In this document: positions 1 through 11,087 of the stretch, piece by piece
How the letters are laid out: each line of letters opens with the position of its first letter
Numbering within the stretch: the stretch's first letter is position 1
NCBI GenBank assembly: GCA_043228905.1
Contig: JBHGNT010000001.1
Coordinates: 8,556,001 to 8,620,000 of the forward strand
Source: Azolla caroliniana
Taxonomy: Eukaryota > Plantae > Polypodiophyta
Length of the DNA stretch: 64,000 bases
Direction of reading: 5' to 3'
The notes under the pieces: model-generated
Told to the model about the DNA's origin: nothing
Database searches by the model: none
The model's input: the letters and a program-made list of their open reading frames with translations, nothing else
Position numbers and translations under genes: made by a program

Positions 1-1808
1 CCGTTCAGTTCCGGCGTCTTCGGCACAGTAAACTCGAGCCGGATTCCCTTCGAGCGACAGTACTCCGCGAACTGCCCCCGGTATTCCCCTCCGTTATCCG
101 CTCGTATCGCTTTCAGCTTCTTGCCGGATTCCCTTTCCACTCTCGCGTGGAGTTCTTTGAAGACGCACAACACTTGGTCCTTTGTCTTCAACGGTGCCGT
201 CCACAGCTTCCGGCTGTGATCATCAATGAATGTTACGAAGTACTGGGCTCCGCCATGTGACTTCGTTTCTACCTGACACACATCAGTGTGCACCAACTCC
301 AATGGTGCGCTACGTCTCGTCGGTGGCCTTGAGTGGAAGGAGGTTCGGTTCTGTTTACCGGCCAGGCAATCGGTGCACTTCTCCAGGTGCACATGCTTCA
401 CTGGAATAAGGTTGTCTTCTGCAAGCCTCTTCATCCCCTTCTCACTCATGTGGCACAGTCTTTTGTGCCACAGCTCACCGGCAGTGTCGGTTGCCACATT
501 CAGCTCTTCCGGACATAACCGGGCATTCATCAGGTACAGTGTGTTGTCTTTCCGGGCCCGAGCCACTATCAGGCTCCCCTTGCTGAACTTCATTACGCCG
601 TTCCGGATGCTACCTGTGTAGCCTTCATCGTCTAGCCTCCCGGCCGAAATCAGGTTCAATCGAACCTCCGGAACGTGTCGGACATCCTTCAGCAGCATTT
701 TGCATCCGGTCGGGGTTGTCAACCACACGTCTCCGATGCCGGCAATCCGGCACGTACCTTCATTTCCCATCCGAACACAGCCATGCTCACCGGCTGTGTA
801 GGATGAGAAGTATCTTCTCTCCGGGGTCAGGTGGAACGATGCTCCGGAATCGACCACCCAGGTCGTCTCATCGCCGGCAATGTTTACTTCACTTTCTTCG
901 GTGATGAGCATGATTTCTTCCTCACTTGCCGCGAGTGCCGTTGTTCCTTTCCGGTCCTGCCCTCGCCGATCCGAACCTCTCCGGTCCGTGGCTCCCCGGT
1001 ATGCACCGTTTCTCTCCGGTGACTTCTTCGAATCGGTGTCGTCGGCTCCGTTGTCTTTTCGGTAATGCCGACAATTCTTTCGGAAGTGCCCCGGCTTCCC
1101 ACAGTGGAAGCATGTGGGCCTTCCTCTTGACTGCGACCGGGTCCCCGACTTCTCCCGTCTTTGCGGACTCCGGTTCCATTGTCTTCCCCAATCCGATTCG
1201 GTAAGCAGCGCCTTCGAGTCGGAGGCCGGTTCTTTATCTCTCCGACGCGCTTCTTCGTTCAAAATACTTGTCTTTACCGTTTGTAAGGACAAGTTATCTT
1301 CTGTGCAGGAGGTGCTGAGAGTCACCACCAAGTTCTCCCAACTTTCCGGCAATGTACACATCAGGATGATGGCTTGCATTGCATCCTCCAACGGGAACTT
1401 GATCGCCGCAAGCTGATTCACGAATCCCATGAACGTGCTTACGTGTTCCACCATACTCTCGCCGTCCCGGTACTTGAGATTCACTATCTTCCTCATCAGG
1501 GAGGTCCGATTCAACGCATTCTTCCTCTCGTAGAGGCCCGACAGCTTCTTCCACATCTCATATGCGTTGGTGTCGTTTGCCACATGTTGTAGGACGCTCA
1601 CGTCGACGTATTGCCGAATGGTTGCAACGGCTTTCCAGTTCAGAAGCCTCCATTCCGACTCAAGTACCCCTTTCGGTATTTCCGACCTGTCAATCGGTTC
1701 GTACAGGTCCCGAACAATCAGAAGATCTTCCATCTTGATCTTCCAGTCGGCGTAGTTCTGCGCAGTCAGCACCATCATCCCCGGCTGCCCGTTGCCGCCG
1801 CCTTCCAT
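1..1808 (-). CDS. Copia Gag-Pol polyprotein, N-terminal part (gag, zinc knuckle, protease, GAG-pre-integrase, integrase core)
   Basis: Manual translation from ATG 1808 gives MEGGGNGQPGMMVLTAQNYADWKIKMEDLL..., CFHCGKPGHFRKNC, WVVDSGASFH and LELVHTDVC...YFVTFIDDHSRK...IRADNGGEY. The frame appears open to the window edge. Confidence 0.9.
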   Translation of the reverse strand, partial: MEGGGNGQPGMMVLTAQNYADWKIKMEDLLIVRDLYEPIDRSEIPKGVLESEWRLLNWKAVATIRQYVDVSVLQHVANDTNAYEMWKKLSGLYERKNALNRTSLMRKIVNLKYRDGESMVEHVSTFMGFVNQLAAIKFPLEDAMQAIILMCTLPESWENLVVTLSTSCTEDNLSLQTVKTSILNEEARRRDKEPASDSKALLTESDWGRQWNRSPQRREKSGTRSQSRGRPTCFHCGKPGHFRKNCRHYRKDNGADDTDSKKSPERNGAYRGATDRRGSDRRGQDRKGTTALAASEEEIMLITEESEVNIAGDETTWVVDSGASFHLTPERRYFSSYTAGEHGCVRMGNEGTCRIAGIGDVWLTTPTGCKMLLKDVRHVPEVRLNLISAGRLDDEGYTGSIRNGVMKFSKGSLIVARARKDNTLYLMNARLCPEELNVATDTAGELWHKRLCHMSEKGMKRLAEDNLIPVKHVHLEKCTDCLAGKQNRTSFHSRPPTRRSAPLELVHTDVCQVETKSHGGAQYFVTFIDDHSRKLWTAPLKTKDQVLCVFKELHARVERESGKKLKAIRADNGGEYRGQFAEYCRSKGIRLEFTVPKTPELN

Positions 1809-2450
1809 TTTCTGCAGCAGTTCGCTCTGATACCAGTTTGTAAGGAATAGACGCTTCTATTCACCTTCACCGCTCGGCCACAACCGAGTAAGCGCGAATC
1901 AATGGAGCAGAAAATAGGAACCACACGGAGAAACAAAACGCGAGCACACAGGGATTAACGTGGAAAACCCTAGACGGGAAAAACCACGGGAGTACAAGAC
2001 TCCAAACCAACACTATACAGAGAAGTATACAATGGCGAGCTGCAAGGCGACGACCTTGAGCTCGCTGTCCTCGCCACAGGCGGCGGAAATACACAGAGGC
2101 GTCTACCTCTTCCTCTCTCGCGCTCTATCTCTCTCTCTCTCTCTCACGGCTGCTCTCTCTTCACTCCTCTTGAGTGGAAAAACAGAAAAATGAGTAGCAA
2201 CAGCAAAACTGTTTGCCCTAAGTCATATTTATACTTATATGACTTTGGGCTATTTACAACTATAGCCTCAGGGGCCCATAGCGAACATATTCACGGATAT
2301 GTCCCTGCATCCGGATCGCTCTCCGGGTACATTCGTCATCCGGCACCGAAGCCGGGGTCTTCGTCATCCGGATCCGAAACCGAAACCGGGCTCGTCGGCA
2401 TTCATCTCCGACATCCGACCATCCCATCCGAAGGGACCGTAATCCCAACA
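1..2450 (-). mobile_element. Ty1/Copia LTR retrotransposon, 5' half (5' LTR 1839-2450, PBS 1824-1835); continues beyond the left edge
   Basis: LTR bounded by TG..CA (tgtaagg at 1839, cccaaca ending 2450). Adjacent gctctgatacca is a tRNA-iMet PBS (TGGTATCAGAGC) on the minus strand, followed by gag-pol. Confidence 0.93.
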
Positions 2451-3710
2451 GAAACATCTCTTTAAAATGCTCAAGATCACCTGCAATCTCTCCTTAGGCT
2501 ATCATCCCCAAACAGATGGACAAGCAAAACGTACCAATCAAACGCTAGCACAATATCTTATGTGTTTCCTAAGTTATTAACAAGATGATTGGGCAAATAT
2601 TCTACACTTTACTAAATTTCCTTATAATAATTCTATCAACTCCTCTACTAGGGTTACACCATTCTACTGGTGTGTGTTAGAAACTACGGAGTTACCTACA
2701 AATCCTAGTGCGGAGGATCATTTGGAGTGGTTACGACGAATTCAGGTAGAAATATCTACCTACATACATCACGCCCAGAAAACATAGAACTATGCGGATC
2801 GGCATCGGCTTCCATCCTCTTTAAATATTGGAGATCGAGTATGGCTATTACGACGGCACATCAAGACTATTCGACCGTGTGACAAACTGGATTATCAACG
2901 GTTAGGCCCTTTCCGTATAACGGAAAAGTTAATGATGCTACTTTTCGCCTTGATCTACTTTTGCAACTACGAATACATCCGGCATTTCATAGTCCTCTCC
3001 TACAACCCTATCAGGACAGTACTATCCCAGATCATATTGCACCAACACCACCCCCGATCGAACTTGAAGATGGACCTGAGTATGAGATTGTTGCAATCCT
3101 CGATTCCAAGATTGTTCGCAACAAGCTCTATTATTTGGTCGATTTGCTAGAATATAGTCCAAGCGAGCGTACTTGGGAACCAGTGACGAATTTGGCTAAT
3201 GCTCGAGCTCTTCTTGAAGACTTCCATATCCGGACAAACCAAGTCCCTAATCAAAGACGACTTGTACACTTGTCATTTAAAGGGGGGGGATAGTGCCATG
3301 ATATGGCCCCAAAAGGATTTAAACCCATGACATTGTGTTAAATAGGTTGAACCCTTACCATTAAACCATGCATTGTAATACGAAAGATATTATGTTCATT
3401 TTTTATTTCACCATAGGAAATTCATGTATATTCCAGATTACTCTGGAAAATTCTAGAAACTTCAGGAGTACTATAAATAGAGGCACATGGCATTATTAAT
3501 AACCAATTCGGTTCAACGTCAGTCTTAAGCCTCTTAATTACTCTTGTATCTTCTCTTCATATAATATACCACTTGTTGTCATCATTCTCTCTCTCTCTCT
3601 CTCTCTCTCTCGTGAGTCTCCACACACTTTTCCCCTTCTTAGTACTAATTCTCATTCTTCCTCTCTGTCTTTTGTACTAATTCTCCCTGTCTCTAGTACT
3701 ATCTCTGACA
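2451..3710 (+). mobile_element. Degenerate chromoviral Ty3/Gypsy 3' part: integrase C-terminus, chromodomain, PPT (3281-3290) and 3' LTR (3294-3710); interrupted by the Copia
   Basis: Degenerate YHPQTDGQ..ERTNQ and LGPF motifs. ORF 2961-3293 reads IHPAFH...EYEIVAILDSKIVRNKLYYLVD...RTWEP (chromodomain). The purine run agggggggga is followed by TG, and the LTR ends in ctgaca. Confidence 0.85.
3445..3479 (+). promoter_or_regulatory. Four-unit heat-shock element and TATA box in the chromovirus LTR
   Basis: gGAAaaTTCtaGAAacTTCa (3445-3464) fits the alternating nGAAn consensus; TATAAATA at 3472-3479. Confidence 0.6.
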
Positions 3711-3834
3711 ACTATTAGATACTCTAAATATAAAGAAATTAGGCAGATATATCCTAGAATGAAAACAACATAGAGAGAATAAGGTACATTTTTAGTATTA
3801 GTTTTATTTATTACTTTTAATTGTTCTAACACGG

Positions 3835-4348
3835 TGTCATGAAGTTACGTGCGTGCATGTAGAAGGGGCGGGACCACGGGGGTCTCGGACTAGGGAGTAG
3901 AGGAGAAAGAATAAGATATGTTTGGAAGCTTATCTCAAGAGGAGAAGAAGAAAGAATAAGATCATGACATAGGAGGAGAGACCAACGGAGGTAAGATACT
4001 CAACAAGATTTATTAAAACAAACAAATGATTATAACAATGGTGGCCGCCATGGCCGCACCAAACGACTATGAGAAAAACCCTAGAAGAAAACCCTAACCG
4101 AAACCCTAAAACCGAATAGGAAACCCTCGACCTAAGTGGTATGCCTCTCTCCCTCAAAATAGGCAACCCCTCATAAGTGACCCCTCCCTTCCTTTTATAG
4201 CCCAAGGAAGGGGGGACCTTACAATGTGGGATAAAATTCCCCTCTTCTTTCTACACACCCTTTCCTAGTATACACGTGCACATGTTGCACACCACCGATT
4301 TGCCCATTCCACCCCGGTTTCACACTATAGCCGGAAATCTTCACAACA
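3835..4348 (-). mobile_element. Solo LTR related to the Gypsy at 17414-24740, with a 4-bp TSD
   Basis: TG..CA ends. Shares ggcgggacc(a/g)cgggggtctcg and the cttcac(a/g)aca terminus with the 812-bp LTRs. Flanked by acgg/acgg. Confidence 0.75.
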
Positions 4349-4939
4349 ACGGTCGAGCAATCGAGGTGTCTAAGTTGGGCGACCTTTGACAGCTTTTTTC
4401 ACGTGTTCTTTCTTATCCATATTGAACGGTGCAAATCGTGCGCACCCTCAGCTGAACGACTTGCACCGTCTATGGCCGTGATTCCCTCGCCTGCCCTATT
4501 TATTATTTGGTAGCGGATAGACACGAGCATTCTATATGCATACATGTAATATATACAACCATAAATATATGCATATAACATACCTACAATAGAGAGATAT
4601 AAGCACAAGCATAAACATATGAAAATATACATACAAACGTGTATATATAAGCATATTTATATACATGGATGTATGGAGCATGTCTCTTTGAGATTACATC
4701 AGAATCAAACACCCTTGATATCATTGTTTGACATCCAACAGTCAACCACACCTACTTTGTTGCACTAAGAAGAAGGTAAGAAGGTTTACTTGTGTATGTG
4801 AGTAGTGCATAAGATCAACGGAAACGAGGATTCTTTCACATACAACAGAAGCAGGGCTTTGGTTTCGGTCGAGATCAAGGTTGATTCAAGCTTCCTCCTT
4901 CACTTTGTATCTTTCTTTTGTCTTTGCGTTTTGATCTCT

Positions 4940-5560
4940 TTTTTCTTTCTTTTTTGGTAAAATCACACAATTATATTAATTGCATGTAAAAACCCCACTA
5001 TTATAACTTGCAAGTCAGCTTTACATATCTACATAGAGAGATACATATTCATATCATTACAAACCATGAATATGTCTCTCAACATCCCATAACCTTTCTT
5101 ATCAGACCAAATGGCGAATGTGAATCAAATATAAAAGCATTTTGCATATGCCAAATAAACCAAAGCCCATAATACCTCAAATAATCTGAAATAATCTGAA
5201 ATGAAGGTGAAATGAAAGACCTCCTAAGAAGATTTTATCACTCCTCTCAAGGACATCCATATTGCATTAATAAATCTCCAAACCATCTTTGTAACAGGAC
5301 ATGAAATAAATCGATGTCGATTGTGCTCTACTTCCACCGTACAAAAGAAACAAAAGCCACTAGCTATTTTTCTTTTGCGTAAAGCATCACCCAATGGTAA
5401 TCCACCAACCATAACCCTCCAAATAAACACCTTAGCTCTAAATGACAAATATGAACACCAACCCTTCTGGAGTACATTTTTCCACCAAATTGTTGTCCTA
5501 TGAAAAGACCATACCTTAATTACCCTTTTTCTAACCACATATGTTTCCCAATAATCTCTC
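4940..5560 (-). mobile_element. 5'-truncated LINE (zf-RVT C-terminus) with poly-A tail
   Basis: ORF 5224-5571 KVFIWRVMVGGLPLG...CFFCTVEVEHNRHRFISC resembles the ORF2 end of the LINE at 40537-41175; T-rich tail near 4940-4955. Confidence 0.75.
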
Positions 5561-6413
5561 CTCTCACACACTCTCTCTATTTTATAATCTCACTCTCTTG
5601 TCTATTCTTATAAATCTATTTTACTTCTAATTTTTAGATTTTTCATCTTTCCTTTTTCTATTTAGGCTACCCCTCTATGGTAGCATATAAAGACTTAAGT
5701 AAAAAGTGGTGTTGAAACTACACAAATAGCCCCTACTTTTTATTTATTATCCTTATAGTTGTGAGTTCCACTTGAGTGAGAAAAAAAAACACATCAATCA
5801 TCCTCGTAGCAAAACTCCAATCTGCCCACAAATTCACCACTTTAGACAAAGTGTTTTTATGTTCATAATATGTACATAAAAAATCTCTTTGTAATTAAAT
5901 TAGTTTCATCTGTACATTTATTCATAAGTTAAAAATCTCTATATTTTATTAATTGGGTTGAGCACAATTATTGTATGTTTTCTTTTTCTTTTTTATATTT
6001 GATTTTAAATTGTATCTAACTTAAACCAACAAAATGATGATGATGCCCACTTGAAGATTGGTGGGTTTCATTCAACAAATTGGTGTTTTTACTTACAATG
6101 TGATATACTTGGTAGGGAGTGAGACTTATCTTGGGTATCACGTTAATGGATTATCAAAGAGTTTGCCCAAAATAGGACCAGGATACATGCACTCACAACC
6201 TATACACAAACAACACTAGGTCCAGTAATCAAATTAATGGCAACCCTATAGTCCAAAATTTAAATCCTTTTTTATTTGTTTTGTGTACATGTTTTGATCT
6301 TTTCTTATAGATCCACAAAAGGGAGGTCAACACATACGTCTTTGTATGAGTCTGTTCCTCTTTCCTTGTATGTGTGTTATAAGGACAAATGTTTCATCTC
6401 CACTCATCTCCAC

Positions 6414-6852
6414 TAACAATCGACAATGGTTCGATTTGAACCAAACCAAACCCCAAAACCGCCGCTTAACGGTTTTAACGGTTCGGTTCGGTTTCAACAA
6501 TTAGAAACCACGATTTAAACGGTTTAACGGTTTTTCATTTTTCATTTTTTAAAATTTAAAAAAATAATAATAACTTGTTTTTAAACAATCTTTTCAGTTT
6601 TAGACCTTATTCTCACATTTTAGGAATATCTTTAAATTTTAAAATTTTAAAATTTGACCTAAGTTGAAAATTGAAACCGAACCACGAAACCGTGGTTTTA
6701 ACGGTTTAATGGTTTAACAGTTTGAACATTGTTTAATGGTTCAGTTGAACAGTTTCGTGGTTCGGTTCAATTCAGGTTTCAAAAATTCTAAACGATTCAA
6801 TTTTGACCCTCTCAAACCGAACCGAACCGAACTGAACCGTTGCCGATTGTTA
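6414..6852. mobile_element. hAT-type MITE
   Basis: TIRs taacaatcgacaatggttc / gaaccgttgccgattgtta; 8-bp TSD ATCTCCAC (6406-6413 and 6853-6860); subterminal AACCG repeats. Confidence 0.9.
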
Positions 6853-7009
6853 ATCTCCACGACATAGTTGATCACAATAGAAGAAATTAATTGGTTATGT
6901 GATTTTAGAAGGACATTGATATTTTATTTTGTCATTAATGACCCTAGGATGCAAGGACGAATCTCCGAGTAGCGAGGTCCTTTGGACCAAGAGCAAGTGA
7001 GAGTGTGCC

Positions 7010-7258
7010 TAACAGTCAACAACGGTTTATTTTGAACCAAACCAAACCGTAAAACCACAGCTTAACGGTTTAAACGGTTCAATTCAAGTTCGGGTTTTTT
7101 TTAACGGGTCGGTTTGGTTTCAACAGTAAAAAACCGTGATTTAAACTATTTAACGATTGTTTTTTTTTTTTTAGTTTAAAACAATCTTTTCATTTTCGAA
7201 CCTTATTCTCACATATTAGAAAAATCTTTAAATTTAAAATAATGAAATTTTTTTAATT
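7010..7258. mobile_element. Second copy of the same hAT MITE, right end deleted
   Basis: Left TIR taacagtcaacaacgg; 8-bp direct repeat AGTGTGCC at 7002-7009 and 7259-7266; internal similarity to the left half of the 6414 copy. Confidence 0.75.
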
Positions 7259-7973
7259 AGTGTGCCCAATTTTGTTTACTAAGGTCAACGACGAGAGCGT
7301 TATTACCCCCCTAATACAAGGTGGTACTATTATTGAAGTTATCTTAAAGTCAAATCATGAGTTGACAAGTTTCATATATGGTTAATTACTTGCTCTAACA
7401 TTAATGCCTTTTGAATGTTCAAGCGCCATGAATTTGGGCTTTATCTTGTGTGTATGATGAACCATACCATGTCAACATAATTGGAGGCTAAACATGCACT
7501 AGAAATTAAAATATGCAACACTTCTATATTTAAAGATATGAACATACAAACATGTTTTTTGTCTCTTTTGCATCATTATGCTACTTTGAATATCTACAAG
7601 GCAATAATTTGTGTATCAATAAATCCCACCCCGACCTGTCTATATTACTAGGATACGCTTGCTAGTTGGTTGCAGAAAAACACAATATTTGACCCCACAA
7701 CACGATGTCTCCAAGCTTTCGTATGTTTTGAATACGACGCTTGACGTAAGTCCTTTTTCTAAACGGAAAAACTCTTATTAATAAAACTCTTATTAATAAA
7801 ACTCTTATACGCAATTTGTTGAAAAGCCAAAGAATTGTACACTTATGTAGCTTAGACAGTTAAGAGATACCTTGGGGATCAATTATTTGCTAGAGTATAT
7901 ATTATTATTACTAAAAAACACATGCATGAGCCGTCTTTCAACAACCTTCTAAGAATGTGTGGTGTGCAATTAG

Positions 7974-8352
7974 TATTAGAGCTTAATCCTAATGTAAGAA
8001 TCCGACAAGGAAATAAAATATCAATATAAATAGAGAAGAGAGAGAAAGAAGGGGTCAATCCACCCGAGTCTCGCGTGGTGAGGAGACTCTTGTAGCGAGC
8101 GCGTCAGTACCAAGTACGACTCGACATAGTAAAAAATGATGTCTTAATGAGAGTAGTTAGCCATCATATTTATAGCCAGACCTAAGGCCCCCAAGCAAGT
8201 TCACACTTGGCCCTTATGGGTTGTCCCAATTCCTAGGATTAAAAGTAATCCTCCCTTCTTTACACTATCATTTAAGCCTCACACATTATACACGTGTATA
8301 GAATACTACGGTACAATCTTACCACAGGATATTATATGGTCATGCCATAACA
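7974..8352 (-). mobile_element. Possible degenerate solo LTR, related to 47578-48056
   Basis: Similar ends (t[g/a]ttagag ... atggt.atgc..taaca) and a reverse TATA (tatttatag). Confidence 0.35.
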
Positions 8353-8478
8353 AATAGGGTCTACCTAAAGATAAATCAAACTCTAACTACGTGAGTCTCT
8401 TCATGAATAATTGTGCACTGGATTCAAGAATTCTCGACAATTTCCTACAAACCATAACCATCCAATCATTAATGGCCT

Positions 8479-8877
8479 TGTTGAGAATCAAGCTCAACTT
8501 GGTCTAGTGTGTGAACTCACCTTGAGAGTGAATAGACACTCCAACAGTCAAGAGTCACCATTATGTCACCACTTTGTATTCTAACATTTAGTATGAGTCA
8601 TAGAATCATATTCTATGTCACATAATTTATGAGCTTTCACATTCCCCATGCTCCATGAGTCTTGTAGTTAATGAAGAGAGAGGGTGACTATATAAAGCAC
8701 CCTCCTCCCACCTTGTATTATGTTAAGTCTTTCTCCTTTGTTAATATACTTAACCTTGCGTATTCTCTGTGTCTTACTCCTTGTCTCTCTCTCACTCTCT
8801 CTCTCTCTTTCTCACACTCAAATAACGCACATCTCTCACCTATTCCGCTACACAAGAACCATACCCGATTCTTTACA
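8479..8877 (+). mobile_element. Copia solo LTR with 5-bp TSD GGCCT
   Basis: tgttgagaatc...ctttaca flanked by ggcct/ggcct; same family as the LTR at 9139. Confidence 0.85.
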
Positions 8878-8898
8878 GGCCTAATGGTTGGATGAGAT

Positions 8899-9550
8899 CA
8901 CATTGAGGTGCACTACCACTTCATTCGAGAATGTATCCTTGTTGGGGATGTCGACCTTCAACACATCATCACCAATCTTTAGACAGCTGACATCTTCACG
9001 AAATCTTTGGGGACCGACAAGCTTCGGCAATTCTTGATTGAGCTTGGTCTTTCGACCTACGCCTTACCGAGCTTGAGGGGGACTGATAGCCGACCTGACA
9101 ACTGGTTCGATCATGACATGGTTGAGCTTGAAGGGGCATGTTGAGAATCAAACTCAACCTAGTCTAATGTGTGAACACACCCTTTGAGAATGTATAAGCA
9201 TTCAAAGGTCAAAGATCACCATTAACTCTCCAACATTAACTATGTGACATAGAATCATATTCTATGACACATAACTAATGAGGTTCTGCATTCCCCACGA
9301 CACATGAGCTTCTATAGTTACTAGAGAGAGAGTGAGTGTTTTAATGTAGAGAGAGTGTGACTTTATATAAAGCACCTTCCTTCCTTTGTATTGGTTGGTT
9401 GTTTTCTATTGAATTTCTTACTCCTCGTTAATATACACTTGAGTCTTTTTATTTTCCTATCTTGTGTCTCTTCTCTCCTCTTTCACACACACATAACACA
9501 CATCTCTAATCTATTTCGCATAACGTAATTACTCTAACTAATTGTTTACA
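8899..9550 (+). mobile_element. Copia 3' remnant: RNase H tail, PPT and 3' LTR (9139-9550)
   Basis: Encodes HIEVHYHFIRE...ADIFTKSLG; ttgaaggggca precedes tgttgagaatc; ends in tttaca. Confidence 0.8.
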
Positions 9551-10025
9551 CTTATAAATAGTAGAAAGTTTAAGGAATAATATCCTTTAAACCTAGACAA
9601 CATTGAAGGGCAAAATAAAAGGTGAAGTGTACAAGCTATTACCGTTCCTAATTAAGGCAATATATTAAAGCTCAAACCTTTCTCAGTAAGTGGAAGTAAT
9701 TAATTCCTATGTAAACCCTTAATCACATCACACATTTCCTTGTTTTGTCCTATGGCCTTTTATTAATGTTTGTCTTATAGAAGAGTTTCCCGTAGACCTT
9801 CCATTACTAACCAAAATCATTAGTTTATTATGGAAATCACCAAGGGCATAGGTTTTTTTTTTTCCAAATGAAGCTACTTTCCCATTAGTTAGGAAGGATT
9901 ATTACATAGAGAGTCTACAAGGAGACTTATACACACATCGGGGAGTCTTCCTCCAATCAAGTAAAAGAAGATGAGCCTACTTACAATGCCTTGCGGCCTA
10001 ACTTAATGTAAGAAGCTACCTATAT

Positions 10026-10814
10026 TCAAGGCGATGCCTTCCAATGTTGCCTAGTACGAGTCGGCTCTTGGGGCCTACAATGAAGAGAGGGTGGCAGGTG
10101 AGTAGGGAACATCCAACGTGGGGGCTGGTAGTTCCACCTTGGGCCACTCCCGCCTTGCATCACCATAGGTGTGTTCCGCCATTTCTGCCAAAAGCGCAAA
10201 CGGGCAGAGACCACGTCGTTGGAGTGGCTGCAAACCTCTTCCAGTTGCCCTCGTAGGCAGGTGATAAGCGCGAACCATATGTCCATGATCACTTCCTCCG
10301 GGGGCCGTACCGTACCTTGGAAAACCTTGAGGCAACGCACTTTCCATATATACCATAAGGTGAAACCTGTGATCAACATCCAGATTTCTGGAAACCTAGG
10401 GGATGCGGGCTGCAAGCCTCTTTCAAAACATATCTTGACGATTTTGCCTCTCGTGCATATATAGCACCAACTATCCGCATTGACGGTGTCCGTGCACCCT
10501 TCGACCAAGTGATCAATCCATGTCGCAGCGCTCCACGAGGCTATTCCTTCAACTTCACATGCCGCAAGGAGATGAGTCACTCTATCCCATACCTTTTGAG
10601 CTTGAGGGCAATCCCACAGACAATGTCTCAAAGTCTCAATAGGTCGAGAGCACAGTGGGCAGCCTAACGGGCCGCCACGTTTATCTAGCCATTCGCCAAC
10701 GGGCACCACATTATGACCGATCTGCCACCAAAAGAGCTTGATCTTTTCAGGCATGTGGAGATGCCAGAGACCCTTCCAAAGCCTCATCGGGGATGCCCAA
10801 TGTTCGCCAGCCAT
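10026..10814 (-). pseudogene. LINE ORF2 C-terminal zf-RVT segment
   Basis: PEKIKLFWW...CPLCSRPIETLRHCLWDC...LWYIWKVRC. Confidence 0.85.
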
Positions 10815-11087
10815 TGCGAAGGGGGCTGTCTAGCTGCAGCTGCAAAGTCCAACCCAATTTAGTGGTGTAATCGAAGAAGTGATGGAGTCTATCGTCATGT
10901 TTCCATCTGAAATCCCCTAGGTCCCAATCCACATCGACAAGGAGGCGACAGCCGTATACCCTTAACCTCCAATGGGGCTCCACCTTAGCAACATCTGGGT
11001 CTGTCTTCCAAATGTTATCAACCTGTGCCACCACTCGGATTGGGTGCCAAGAGCCCCTGCTCTAACTGTCCCCAAAAACTGTATCTC

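Larger units (their letters stand above)
5836..7630 (+). repeat. Unclassified dispersed repeat, copy 1 (copy 2 at ~41911-43050), interrupted by two MITEs
   Basis: Colinear similarity from caccactttag...acaaagtg through gatccacaaaagggaggtcaacacatac to caataaatcccacc. Confidence 0.8.

Noticed and set aside
8479-9550. A single TRIM with two LTRs
   Set aside because: The first LTR has its own TSD and no PBS follows it, so these are two separate events.
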